Below, one piece after another: positions 31,644 through 40,602 of a stretch of 64,000 bases of DNA. Every line of letters begins with the position of its first letter. Within the stretch, counting starts at the first letter, position 1. Both the position numbers and the translations under genes were made by a program. The stretch is from an uncultured virus (IMG/VR IMGVR_UViG_3300042923_001406). Taxonomy: Duplodnaviria; Heunggongvirae; Uroviricota; Caudoviricetes. The stretch is from IMG/VR virus record IMGVR_UViG_3300042923_001406; one strand, given 5' to 3'. The notes under the pieces were generated by a model that was not told the origin of the DNA, searched no databases, and was given only the letters and a program-made list of their open reading frames with translations.

Positions 31644-32373
31644 TATATATCCTAATGCTAGTTTAAGAGAATCAGTTTATGTTACTAATAAATCTTTAGA
31701 AGAAATATTAAGTTTAGAGAAATTTAATGTAGATGAATTATCAGTGGAAAAGGGTATTAATGTTATAACTTCATTAATAGAAACAGATAATATTAGAGAG
31801 TCTGATTTAATAGATTATGCTTATAGACCTAATTATACAAAAGCAATGTTATTTGATATTTATTCCACTAGTATTAGTAAAAAAGAATCAAATTTAAATT
31901 TTATGAATGTAATTAAAAAATTAGGTAGTAGATTTATAGTTTTAGATATAAATGGAGACCCTAATAGTGAAGAAGTTTCTGAACTCTTAGACAATTGTGA
32001 TGTTGTATTATATGTTTTTAAACCTACTAAGAAAGAAGCATTAAGTGCTTCAAAATATTATAATTCTTTAGAAGAAACTAATAAAATAAAAACTAAACTT
32101 GTGTGTAATATGTTAGATCCGATAGGTATATCTAGAAAGACTATACAAGATGTTATTAAAATAAGAGCTAATCAAATATTATGGTTCCCTTATCATGTTA
32201 ATATACAAAGAACTATGTTTGAAGGAAGATTGTGTAGATTGAATTCTCTTATAATAGAAGGTAAAGATAATTGTATAAGTTTAAGACAACCACTTAAAGA
32301 TATTTTAAGTTTCTGTTGTGATACATCAGCACATAAAGTTATTAAAGAATTAAAAGATTGGATTTTAGGTTAA
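31573..32373 (+). CDS. ParA/MinD-family ATPase (CpaE/TadZ-like)
   Basis: MKIAVVSTKGMQVGKTT deviant Walker A; FIVLD; CDVVLYVFKP. Confidence 0.75.
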   Translation: MKIAVVSTKGMQVGKTTLSLMLSNIYPNASLRESVYVTNKSLEEILSLEKFNVDELSVEKGINVITSLIETDNIRESDLIDYAYRPNYTKAMLFDIYSTSISKKESNLNFMNVIKKLGSRFIVLDINGDPNSEEVSELLDNCDVVLYVFKPTKKEALSASKYYNSLEETNKIKTKLVCNMLDPIGISRKTIQDVIKIRANQILWFPYHVNIQRTMFEGRLCRLNSLIIEGKDNCISLRQPLKDILSFCCDTSAHKVIKELKDWILG

Positions 32374-32419
32374 TATGAGTTATAATACATTAGAGGAAAA
32401 ATTATAAGGAGGAGTTTTA

Positions 32420-34279
32420 ATGAAAACAATAATTCCTTTTATAATTGTTATAGGAGTTTTATCTTTAATAACATATATTTTATGGAAAAGAAGAGCTTCA
32501 GAAGTATCAGAATTACATATTTCAGGTTCTAATAGTTTAGATAAATTAGCTAAAATTGTAAGTAAAGATTCAACTGAAATAATAAAAATAGATAGAGGTT
32601 TAGTATATAAGGATGTAGAATATGAGGCTTCTCGTAAAAATAAGGAAACAGTAGCAAAAGCATTTAAAAAATGTGTTTATGGTGAAGAGAATGCAAAAAG
32701 GATAACTATGTCAACATACAGAGATATAATAGCTAAACATTTACCTACTGTAGAAGAATGCAACAAAATTATAGACTTTAAACACATGGAATTACTTACT
32801 CCAGAACAAAAATTTGAAATAATTATATATGAATTAAGAAAAATACATGGTAAAAATGTTATGAAATATCTTAATGAAATATATAAATTTTCTGATGAAA
32901 AAGAAATGCCAGACGCTGAGAGGCCAAGACGTGAAGTTAATTATCAAATGATAGATCAAATATTTGAAGAACAAATAAAATACAAAGAATTAAATTATGA
33001 ACAAGCTTTAGATATGATAACTATATTTGTTTATCAAATATTAAAAGGATTTGGTAAAATAGAAACTTTAAGAGAGTTAAATATAGATGGATTTGAAATA
33101 GGAACTTCTGGAGCTATAAGATATAGACTATTAGGAACAAATCCTAAGCATGTAATAGAACGATCTTGTTGGATACAATTAGACGCTAAATGGATACATT
33201 TATCTTTTATTGATTTTGGTTCGGAAGATGAAATTAAACGTTTAGTTATAAATATGACAAACGTAGAAGGCTCAGAATCTTTAACATTAAAGAAACCGCT
33301 TAAAGTTGTTGATAATTATAAGGGAGATAGATTAACAGCTATAAGACCTGATGTTGGAGCTACTTGGGGTTTATTTGTGCGTTCATTTTCAGCTGGTATA
33401 GTAAGAGTACCTCAATGGTTAAATAAAGAAGGAATACATAATTGGGAACTAGTAGATAGATTATTATATTTCTTAGCTAAATCATACCAAAATGTAGCTT
33501 TTACAGGACAACAAAATACAGGTAAAACAACTCTTATGAAAGGATATATAGATTATTATGATTATATAAATATAAGAGTTCTAGAAATGTCATTTGAATT
33601 AAATTTAAATGAAATATATACAGATAGAAATATATTTTCTACAAAACCTACAGAATTTATTTCATCTACTGAAATACAGGATATACTTAAAAAGACAGAT
33701 GGTTTCTTAAGTATGGTTGGTGAGATTGCAGAAGATATAGTTGCAGCAAATGCAATGAAATTTGGTTTAGTTGCTTCAGCATCTACAATATTCTCACATC
33801 ATGGTATAGATTATAGAGGTCTTATAGATGGTTTAACAGGTTCACTATTGTCTTGTGGTATGTATAAAGATTATGATATTGCTCAACAATTAGTTTTAGA
33901 TGTAGTTAAACATAATGTTCATCTTAATTTTCATAAGAAATATCGTATTATTGAGTATATAGAAGAAATAGTTAAAGGAGAAGTAATAAAAGCTTATCCA
34001 AAAATAAAGAATTCTAATACAATAATAGAAGCTATAGATCAATCTACATCTGTTAATAGAGAGTATTATGAAAGAAGAACAGATAGAGTAAGATATGACA
34101 GAAGAGAAATAATAAGATTTAATAAAAAGACTATGACTTATGAAGCGGCACAATGGTATAGTGAATCAAGATTTGAAGAAATTCTTAATAAACTTCCTGA
34201 TAATGAGAAGCCAGCTTTTATAGAATTTGCTACAACTAATTGGGCACATTGTTTTAAAGATATGAAGGGAGTGTCATAA
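32420..34279 (+). CDS. tadA: Tad pilus assembly ATPase TadA/CpaF (VirB11-like) with an N-terminal TM helix
   Basis: GQQNTGKTTLM, LEMSFEL (Asp box), MVGEI (Walker B), FSHH (His box). Confidence 0.85.
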   Translation: MKTIIPFIIVIGVLSLITYILWKRRASEVSELHISGSNSLDKLAKIVSKDSTEIIKIDRGLVYKDVEYEASRKNKETVAKAFKKCVYGEENAKRITMSTYRDIIAKHLPTVEECNKIIDFKHMELLTPEQKFEIIIYELRKIHGKNVMKYLNEIYKFSDEKEMPDAERPRREVNYQMIDQIFEEQIKYKELNYEQALDMITIFVYQILKGFGKIETLRELNIDGFEIGTSGAIRYRLLGTNPKHVIERSCWIQLDAKWIHLSFIDFGSEDEIKRLVINMTNVEGSESLTLKKPLKVVDNYKGDRLTAIRPDVGATWGLFVRSFSAGIVRVPQWLNKEGIHNWELVDRLLYFLAKSYQNVAFTGQQNTGKTTLMKGYIDYYDYINIRVLEMSFELNLNEIYTDRNIFSTKPTEFISSTEIQDILKKTDGFLSMVGEIAEDIVAANAMKFGLVASASTIFSHHGIDYRGLIDGLTGSLLSCGMYKDYDIAQQLVLDVVKHNVHLNFHKKYRIIEYIEEIVKGEVIKAYPKIKNSNTIIEAIDQSTSVNREYYERRTDRVRYDRREIIRFNKKTMTYEAAQWYSESRFEEILNKLPDNEKPAFIEFATTNWAHCFKDMKGVS

Positions 34280-34281
34280 TA

Positions 34282-36273
34282 ATGAGTATTCAACAACAAA
34301 TTATGACTATATGGGTAATAATATTATCAGTATCCATATTATCCATACCAATATTTATAGCAAGGGCTAAAAGGAAACAATCAGGTAAACAAGAAAAGTA
34401 TAATATTGCTAAATTAGAGAAAAAGTATACTTTTTATTCTAATTTCTTTTTAACAAGAAAAAATTTTAATAGTATATTAAAATCATATCAATCATTATCA
34501 TGTATGACACAACAACAGATAAAGAATAAATCTATAAAATTATTTGAAAAATCTGTAACAACATCATTAGCTATACCTGTAGGATTAATTATAACAACAC
34601 AAGATATTGTTATAGGATTATTAGGATTATTAATATCATTAGTATATTATAATTTAACTATAGAAAAAGATATAGATGATGTGTATAGGTTGATTATAAA
34701 AGAAGTAAGTGTGTTAGTTCAATCAATAGTTTTAAATTATATGGAATTTAATAATATACCAAGGGCTATTTTAGAAAGTGATAGAGGACAATATTTGACA
34801 GTAATAGTAGATGATATGTATAATGTATTATCAGATGTAGATTCAGAAAATAAGTTAAGAGATTTTATTAATAAAAGCCCTTTAAAAACTTTAACTGAAT
34901 TAATGTCGGTATGTCAAATAACAAAAGAACATGGTGATGAAAGAAATGAACGCGGTGAATCAAAATTTGTAGAGCAATTAGGAGTAATAGAAAAAGAAAT
35001 AAATTTAGAAATAAAAGTATTACATTTACAAAAACAAAAATTCAACTTATTAGATAAAATTACATTAGCAGGTATAATAGCTATGCCGGCAGTAGATTGG
35101 TTTCTTTTAAGTAAAATACCTGGGACAGCAATAATTGTAAAAGGTGTTTTAGGAATGGCTATAAAAGTGTTTATTTTATTAATTACAATGGTAGCTTATT
35201 ATGTAATATCTGTTATAAATAAAAAGTCAGTTGTTAGCGGTACAGATTTCTCAGAAAGTACTTACCAGTTATCACAAAATAAAAGAATTAGAAGATTTAT
35301 AGATAGTATAAAGCCTAAGTCATATAAAAATGTTATAAAAATGGAATCTTTACTAGAAGAATCTTTATCTTCACATTCTATAGAAACATTTTATACAGAA
35401 AAAATTATATATTGTGTATTTATGGGATTACTAGGATTATTTTTATCTATAACTTTTATAATAACAGCAAGAAACTATATTTATAATAGAACTGGAACAT
35501 TATCATTTTTACCTATAATAGTTGAAAAGCGTATGCAAGAAGAAATAGATAGAATGGATACTATTTATATGGAACTTGAGGAAAAACCTGTAGGTCAAGA
35601 GTTATTGGATTTTATAGATAGTAACGTTAGAAATCTGAATATGATAGATTTACAAGAACAAGCCGCAAGGTTAAATAAAAAATGGAATACTTATTCTAAC
35701 ATATATTTTAAGTGGAACTATATACTTATTATATATGGTATGGGTGTTATAGGTTGGTTTGCACCAAACATGAAAATTAAATTAAGAAAATTTTTAGTTC
35801 AATTTGAAGCGGAAGAAGATGCTTCTCAGTTACAAACAGTAATGATTACATTATCTGGTACAGGATTGTCAGTTTATGAAATTTTACATAGATTATTAGA
35901 CTTATCTACTATTCATAAAAATAGTATATCTTATGCTTGTCAAACATTTGTAAAAGATCCTGAATTTGCATTAGATGTATTATCAGATAATTCTAAAATA
36001 CCAGAATTTAAAAGAATGTGTACAAAATTAAAAAAGTCAATATTTACCTTACCAATAAGAGATGCTTTTAAAAATATAGTGGTTGAAAAAGAACAATCAC
36101 TAGCTATAAAAGAAATGGATGCAGTTAATATGGTCAACAAGAAAGCTAATTTAGCAAATATGTTAGCTATGGCACCAGCAGCATGTGTTCTTATACTTCA
36201 AGCATTATTACCATTATTAATATTAGGATTTAAACAAATGATGGATATGCAAGCAAATTTAGGTGGAATGTAA
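34282..36273 (+). CDS. Fused TadB/TadC-like pilus platform membrane protein
   Basis: 663 aa with two TM-cytoplasmic-TM units, directly after tadA. Confidence 0.7.
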   Translation: MSIQQQIMTIWVIILSVSILSIPIFIARAKRKQSGKQEKYNIAKLEKKYTFYSNFFLTRKNFNSILKSYQSLSCMTQQQIKNKSIKLFEKSVTTSLAIPVGLIITTQDIVIGLLGLLISLVYYNLTIEKDIDDVYRLIIKEVSVLVQSIVLNYMEFNNIPRAILESDRGQYLTVIVDDMYNVLSDVDSENKLRDFINKSPLKTLTELMSVCQITKEHGDERNERGESKFVEQLGVIEKEINLEIKVLHLQKQKFNLLDKITLAGIIAMPAVDWFLLSKIPGTAIIVKGVLGMAIKVFILLITMVAYYVISVINKKSVVSGTDFSESTYQLSQNKRIRRFIDSIKPKSYKNVIKMESLLEESLSSHSIETFYTEKIIYCVFMGLLGLFLSITFIITARNYIYNRTGTLSFLPIIVEKRMQEEIDRMDTIYMELEEKPVGQELLDFIDSNVRNLNMIDLQEQAARLNKKWNTYSNIYFKWNYILIIYGMGVIGWFAPNMKIKLRKFLVQFEAEEDASQLQTVMITLSGTGLSVYEILHRLLDLSTIHKNSISYACQTFVKDPEFALDVLSDNSKIPEFKRMCTKLKKSIFTLPIRDAFKNIVVEKEQSLAIKEMDAVNMVNKKANLANMLAMAPAACVLILQALLPLLILGFKQMMDMQANLGGM

Positions 36274-36300
36274 ATATAATACAAAAAGTGAGGAGTATAA

Positions 36301-36882
36301 ATGTTATCATCAGATATATATTATAAAATCATATCTATAGATGGAGATAAAATAGTAGATGTAAATGGATATGACTATATTAGAGTTAAAGCTTTAATAC
36401 CTAAAGGTATAGAAATTTATATGTTATTTAGTATAAAGACATTAGATATGTTAAAGGAAGAAACATGTTATTATTCAGAAAAGGCATATTTAACATCTTT
36501 AGTTAAAGAAAAGAAAATTTCTAAGGAATTTGGATTTAGAATAGATGTTATTACTAAAGAAATAGATATTAATTGTTTTAATAGTTTAAATGAGTCTGAT
36601 ACAAAATTTAATGCTAAAATAATTAAAAAAGATTTTAATGTAATAAAAAACTTAGGTCCAATGAATATTCCTACGTGTAGTGTTAAAGCAATAATAAAGA
36701 ATGAATTAAATTCATACTTTAGTGTATTAGTAGTTGGTTTTCATAGCAAAGCAAAAATGCTATCAGATTTATCTGATATATGCTATGTTGATATAATTGG
36801 TTCTATCTCTGGTCCACGTAATCAGGGTATGCCACATGCCATTATAGTTAAAGATATAATATTACAAAAGGAGGTGTCATAA
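36301..36882 (+). CDS. Hypothetical protein, possible OB-fold (SSB/PriB-like) C-terminal half
   Basis: Beta-strand pattern ...YFSVLVVGFHSKAKMLSDL...YVDIIGSI resembles SSB OB folds. Confidence 0.35.
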   Translation: MLSSDIYYKIISIDGDKIVDVNGYDYIRVKALIPKGIEIYMLFSIKTLDMLKEETCYYSEKAYLTSLVKEKKISKEFGFRIDVITKEIDINCFNSLNESDTKFNAKIIKKDFNVIKNLGPMNIPTCSVKAIIKNELNSYFSVLVVGFHSKAKMLSDLSDICYVDIIGSISGPRNQGMPHAIIVKDIILQKEVS

Positions 36883-37067
36883 TGGGAATATTTTCTAAAG
36901 TAAAAGATTCTATAAGTTCTCTTCAATATGGGAGTGGAAAGGAAAAATTTCTATATTATTTTATTAAATTTGGTTCTATAGCACTTTGTGTATTTATAGT
37001 ACTTATAGTAATAGGAATAATATATGCTAAAGTTAAAGGAATATCTATACCTATATTAGGTATTTAA
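36882..37067 (+). CDS. Small single-TM protein
   Basis: AAGGAGGTG RBS, one TM. Confidence 0.7.
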   Translation: MGIFSKVKDSISSLQYGSGKEKFLYYFIKFGSIALCVFIVLIVIGIIYAKVKGISIPILGI

Positions 37068-37137
37068 TTTTTCTTAATTATATTTATTACATACTTCTAC
37101 AAAAGCATAATAAATAATATAAGTTAGGAGAAATAAA

Positions 37138-37782
37138 ATGGAAGATAATGTAGCATTAGGTATACGAATATCAGTTACAGTAGTTTTAGTTGCTTCTTTA
37201 GTTGCTACTGTTTTAACTTTAATGGTTATAGGACAGTCAATATTAGGTGGAGGACAGAATAAACTTCAAACAGGTTTAACTGCTATTCAACAACAAGATT
37301 TACAACAATATTCAAACGTTACAAAAAAAGGATCTGTAGTAAAATCAGTACTAAATCTTTATCAAGGAGAACCAGTAGCTATTTTAGTTAAGACTACTGC
37401 TTTGTTTACTACTACTTCAGGAGATAATGAATCGTCAACCAATGAAAGAGTATCAGGTGAGGGTAAATATTTTAATTATGGTTGTTTATTAGTTGGACAT
37501 AATGCACCTACTGGAGTTAAATTTAGTAGTACTGGTGAAGATAATATGAATCATATATTTGTAAATGGAAGTACTGCACTTAAAACAATATCTGGTGTTG
37601 CTCATTTAGAAGGGCAATTAAGTATAAACTCTAGTGGTATAAAAAATACTAATTATGCTACTGCAGGAACTGTTGGTGTAGGTAATTCAGAGGCAATATT
37701 AGATAATGGATTATTCTATTGTCAATTAGTAAAAGATATTACTGGTGAGATAATAGGAATAGTATTTACACAACAAAAATAG
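37138..37782 (+). CDS. Pilin-like protein, candidate major pilin
   Basis: Short acidic N-terminus then a long hydrophobic helix; own intergenic gap upstream and a terminator downstream. Confidence 0.65.
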   Translation: MEDNVALGIRISVTVVLVASLVATVLTLMVIGQSILGGGQNKLQTGLTAIQQQDLQQYSNVTKKGSVVKSVLNLYQGEPVAILVKTTALFTTTSGDNESSTNERVSGEGKYFNYGCLLVGHNAPTGVKFSSTGEDNMNHIFVNGSTALKTISGVAHLEGQLSINSSGIKNTNYATAGTVGVGNSEAILDNGLFYCQLVKDITGEIIGIVFTQQK

Positions 37783-37797
37783 TTAATATATAAGATT

Positions 37798-37824
37798 GAA
37801 AGGCTACACTACTAGCCTTTCTTT
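37798..37824 (+). terminator. Rho-independent terminator-like hairpin GAAAGGCTA-cactac-TAGCCTTTC-TTT
   Basis: Perfect 9-bp stem followed by a short T run, right after the pilin gene. Confidence 0.7.
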
Positions 37825-37843
37825 AGTAGACGTATCTACTAAA
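37822..37843. promoter_or_regulatory. Second inverted repeat TTTAGTAGA-cgta-TCTACTAAA
   Basis: Perfect 9-bp stem abutting the terminator; shares its core with the 7750 palindrome. Confidence 0.55.
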
Positions 37844-37869
37844 TACATAAAGTAAGGAGAATACATTAA

Positions 37870-38316
37870 ATGTTTGATAAAATATTTGGTGATTACGTAG
37901 AATTGGGAGTAGGACTTATTATATCAGCACTAATAATAATTGCAGCAACTACAAGCATGATGTTATCAAGACAATTCAACGAAAAACAATTAGAGTCTCA
38001 AATAGTTTCTAATGAAATAAAAGAACAACGTAATAATTTATTTTATGATAATACTGATGTTCATCAACAAGATGTCGTTGCACTTATATTAAGGTATAGA
38101 GGAGATAAAACTATAATAGTTAAAGATGTTCCAGATATATTAATACCAAGTACAAAGAAAACATATACTTGGAAAGGGAATAATAATCCAGCATTAGATT
38201 GGAAAGTATCTTCTATTAGTAATTTATTACCTAGAAATAAAATGTATAGAGCTAATTTATTAAAAGGACCTAATGGTTATGAAATAGTAGGTTATGAATT
38301 TACTATGATACCTTAA
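37870..38316 (+). CDS. Minor pilin-like protein
   Basis: N-terminal hydrophobic helix, 148 aa, in the Tad locus. Confidence 0.6.
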   Translation: MFDKIFGDYVELGVGLIISALIIIAATTSMMLSRQFNEKQLESQIVSNEIKEQRNNLFYDNTDVHQQDVVALILRYRGDKTIIVKDVPDILIPSTKKTYTWKGNNNPALDWKVSSISNLLPRNKMYRANLLKGPNGYEIVGYEFTMIP

Positions 38317-38334
38317 TAGAAAGGATATTTAGTT

Positions 38335-38727
38335 ATGGATGATTTAGTACAAAAATGGATTTTAACTATGATAAGTGTAGTATTAGTAGCAACATTAGTA
38401 GGTTCTATAGTATGGACTGTTAATATAGGTGGTAATATAATATCTGATTATCAAAGTAATGAAGTTAAATTATATAGTGAAGCTGGATTATCAGTAATGA
38501 TAAATCAATATAATTTAGATGATGTAGATTCAATTAGTATTTATAAAATGTTAGAAATGAATAAATCTATTATTAATGATTATAAATTTAAAACTAAAAC
38601 AGGAGCTAATATGTCAGCATTTGATTTACGTAATTTAATAAATAATCCTTTAGATAGATATGAAATTGAAAATATAACAGGAGATTCAAATTCTGGATAT
38701 ACTGTTATAATAAAAGCAAAACAATAA
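38335..38727 (+). CDS. Minor pilin-like protein
   Basis: N-terminal helix ISVVLVATLVGSI, similar to that of 37138. Confidence 0.6.
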   Translation: MDDLVQKWILTMISVVLVATLVGSIVWTVNIGGNIISDYQSNEVKLYSEAGLSVMINQYNLDDVDSISIYKMLEMNKSIINDYKFKTKTGANMSAFDLRNLINNPLDRYEIENITGDSNSGYTVIIKAKQ

Positions 38728-38739
38728 GGAGTTGATTAA

Positions 38740-39180
38740 ATGATAGATATAGTTAATAAATGGTTTGATATGGCTGTGTCTATATTTATTTATGTTATGT
38801 GTACTGGATTAACAGTAACGTTGATGGTAGTAGCACAAGAACCAATAATAAATTCAAACAGTGATAAAACATTTATGGAGTCTACTGGTGTACAAGAAAA
38901 ACAAGAAAATGAACTATATGGAAATGATATTCTATTTATGTTATTAAATTCAGATGAAATGACACCTTATCCAAAAGCTATAAAAATAAATGATTCACCA
39001 GTAATTAAGTTAGATAATAATTTTATAGCTACTAAAATGAATAATATAAGTGTTATATATTCCGAATCAGGTGAATATAAATTAAAGAAAATGATGAATT
39101 GGAAAATAATTGATAAAAAGTTTGTATATTCAGGAACAGATGCTCCTTATATACAGTATATATTGAAGGAGGTTCCTTAA
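38740..39180 (+). CDS. Minor pilin-like protein
   Basis: N-terminal hydrophobic helix; MIDIVNKW resembles MDDLVQKW of the previous gene. Confidence 0.6.
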   Translation: MIDIVNKWFDMAVSIFIYVMCTGLTVTLMVVAQEPIINSNSDKTFMESTGVQEKQENELYGNDILFMLLNSDEMTPYPKAIKINDSPVIKLDNNFIATKMNNISVIYSESGEYKLKKMMNWKIIDKKFVYSGTDAPYIQYILKEVP

Positions 39181-39181
39181 T

Positions 39182-39670
39182 TTGACTAAACAATTTATTG
39201 GATTAATACTTACATTGATTATTATTGCAGTAGGATTTCTTATGATGCCTATATATTATATGAGTATAATTGAGATGCCTAAAGCATATGATATAATATC
39301 TAATGAAGTACAATTATTCTTAGATAAAGCAAGAGATACTAAGTATATAACAGAAACAGATTTAAAAGATTTTACTTTAGCTATGGGTAGTACTTCAATA
39401 CCTATAAAGTTTGAAATTCTTAGAGAGACAAGGCAAGTAAATCCAGATCCTGCTACAGGTAATACAGCTACTTATACAAGTTGGGTTCCTATAGATCATG
39501 TAGCGCCTAATCCTAATCCTAATAATATATATTCAAAATTAGATACTGGAGATATAATAATAATAAGAGTAAGTCAAAATGGTGATAGTTTTTATCAATC
39601 TTTTGCAATAAAAGCCTTAGGTATGTATGTTCCTAAAATAGAGTTTACATTATCAAGGATGGTGAGATAA
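39182..39670 (+). CDS. Minor pilin/TadE-like protein
   Basis: N-terminal TM, TTG start with AAGGAGG RBS. Confidence 0.55.
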   Translation: MTKQFIGLILTLIIIAVGFLMMPIYYMSIIEMPKAYDIISNEVQLFLDKARDTKYITETDLKDFTLAMGSTSIPIKFEILRETRQVNPDPATGNTATYTSWVPIDHVAPNPNPNNIYSKLDTGDIIIIRVSQNGDSFYQSFAIKALGMYVPKIEFTLSRMVR

Positions 39671-40590
39671 TGAGTTGGACAGCACTTTTATATTCAGGAT
39701 TATTGATATTACAAATAATTACAATGAATATGGCTTTCTCTCAATATGCAGCTGATATTTATAATAAATTTGAAGAACAAAGATTGGAGATAGCAGTAAA
39801 TTATGCTACAGATGCTGCAGCAGAAGAAATGAGATATCAATCGTCTCATTTAGGGCAGGATTACGAGTCAATAGGTAAAATAAATGTAGACCCTAAAGTT
39901 GCTATGGAAACATTTGCTACTATGTTATGTAAAAATTATAATGTTCCTGACAGTGCATCTAATAGGCAACAAATAATGTTAGATTATTGTCCAGTTTTTG
40001 TAGTAGCAACTTATGATGGTTATTATATATTAAATAAATATAAAATAAATGATTCAGGTGTAGAGAATATGATATTTTCAACTAAATTTCCATATTCAGA
40101 AAAATTAGGAGATGATATAATATCATATAATCTTTCATTTAATTATGCTACTAAATTAGATAAAGATGGTAATTTATTCAAGACTGTTGTAGATGTTAAC
40201 AAATCTAAAGAAATAATAAATAATAAATTATCAGATGTTTTGAATGAACAATTAACAAATAATGCGAATAAAGATCCTAAAGGAACTTTCTTTATACCAT
40301 CAGAATTAAGTAATATGAAATCTTCAAATCCTGTAAATAATACAACTGTATTTGCTTATATGGATAACTTTGATTTAAGTGGTTATGGTTTAGATTTACA
40401 ATCATTTAGTATAGGTGGTTCAGATATAAAACAAAAGAAAGTAGTAGTAGGATTTAGATCTAATTTAATACATGGTATAGATTTATATTATACATATTCG
40501 GATAGATTACCTTCAGGAGTTACTCCACTAGAAGTTTTTGATAATCCAGAAGATGCAGCTAAGAAGGGTTATTATTTTTATGTAAATTAA
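39670..40590 (+). CDS. TadG/TadE-like pilus-associated protein
   Basis: N-terminal TM followed by LEIAVNYATDAAA, resembling the helix motif of TadG-like pseudopilins. Confidence 0.55.
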   Translation: MSWTALLYSGLLILQIITMNMAFSQYAADIYNKFEEQRLEIAVNYATDAAAEEMRYQSSHLGQDYESIGKINVDPKVAMETFATMLCKNYNVPDSASNRQQIMLDYCPVFVVATYDGYYILNKYKINDSGVENMIFSTKFPYSEKLGDDIISYNLSFNYATKLDKDGNLFKTVVDVNKSKEIINNKLSDVLNEQLTNNANKDPKGTFFIPSELSNMKSSNPVNNTTVFAYMDNFDLSGYGLDLQSFSIGGSDIKQKKVVVGFRSNLIHGIDLYYTYSDRLPSGVTPLEVFDNPEDAAKKGYYFYVN

Positions 40591-40602
40591 AGGAGGACAT
40601 AT

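Noticed and set aside
7750..37843. CRISPR repeat (Cas12a-like TCTAC/GTAGA stem)
   Set aside because: Arms are in the opposite order (GTAGA...TCTAC), only two isolated copies, no spacer array and no cas genes
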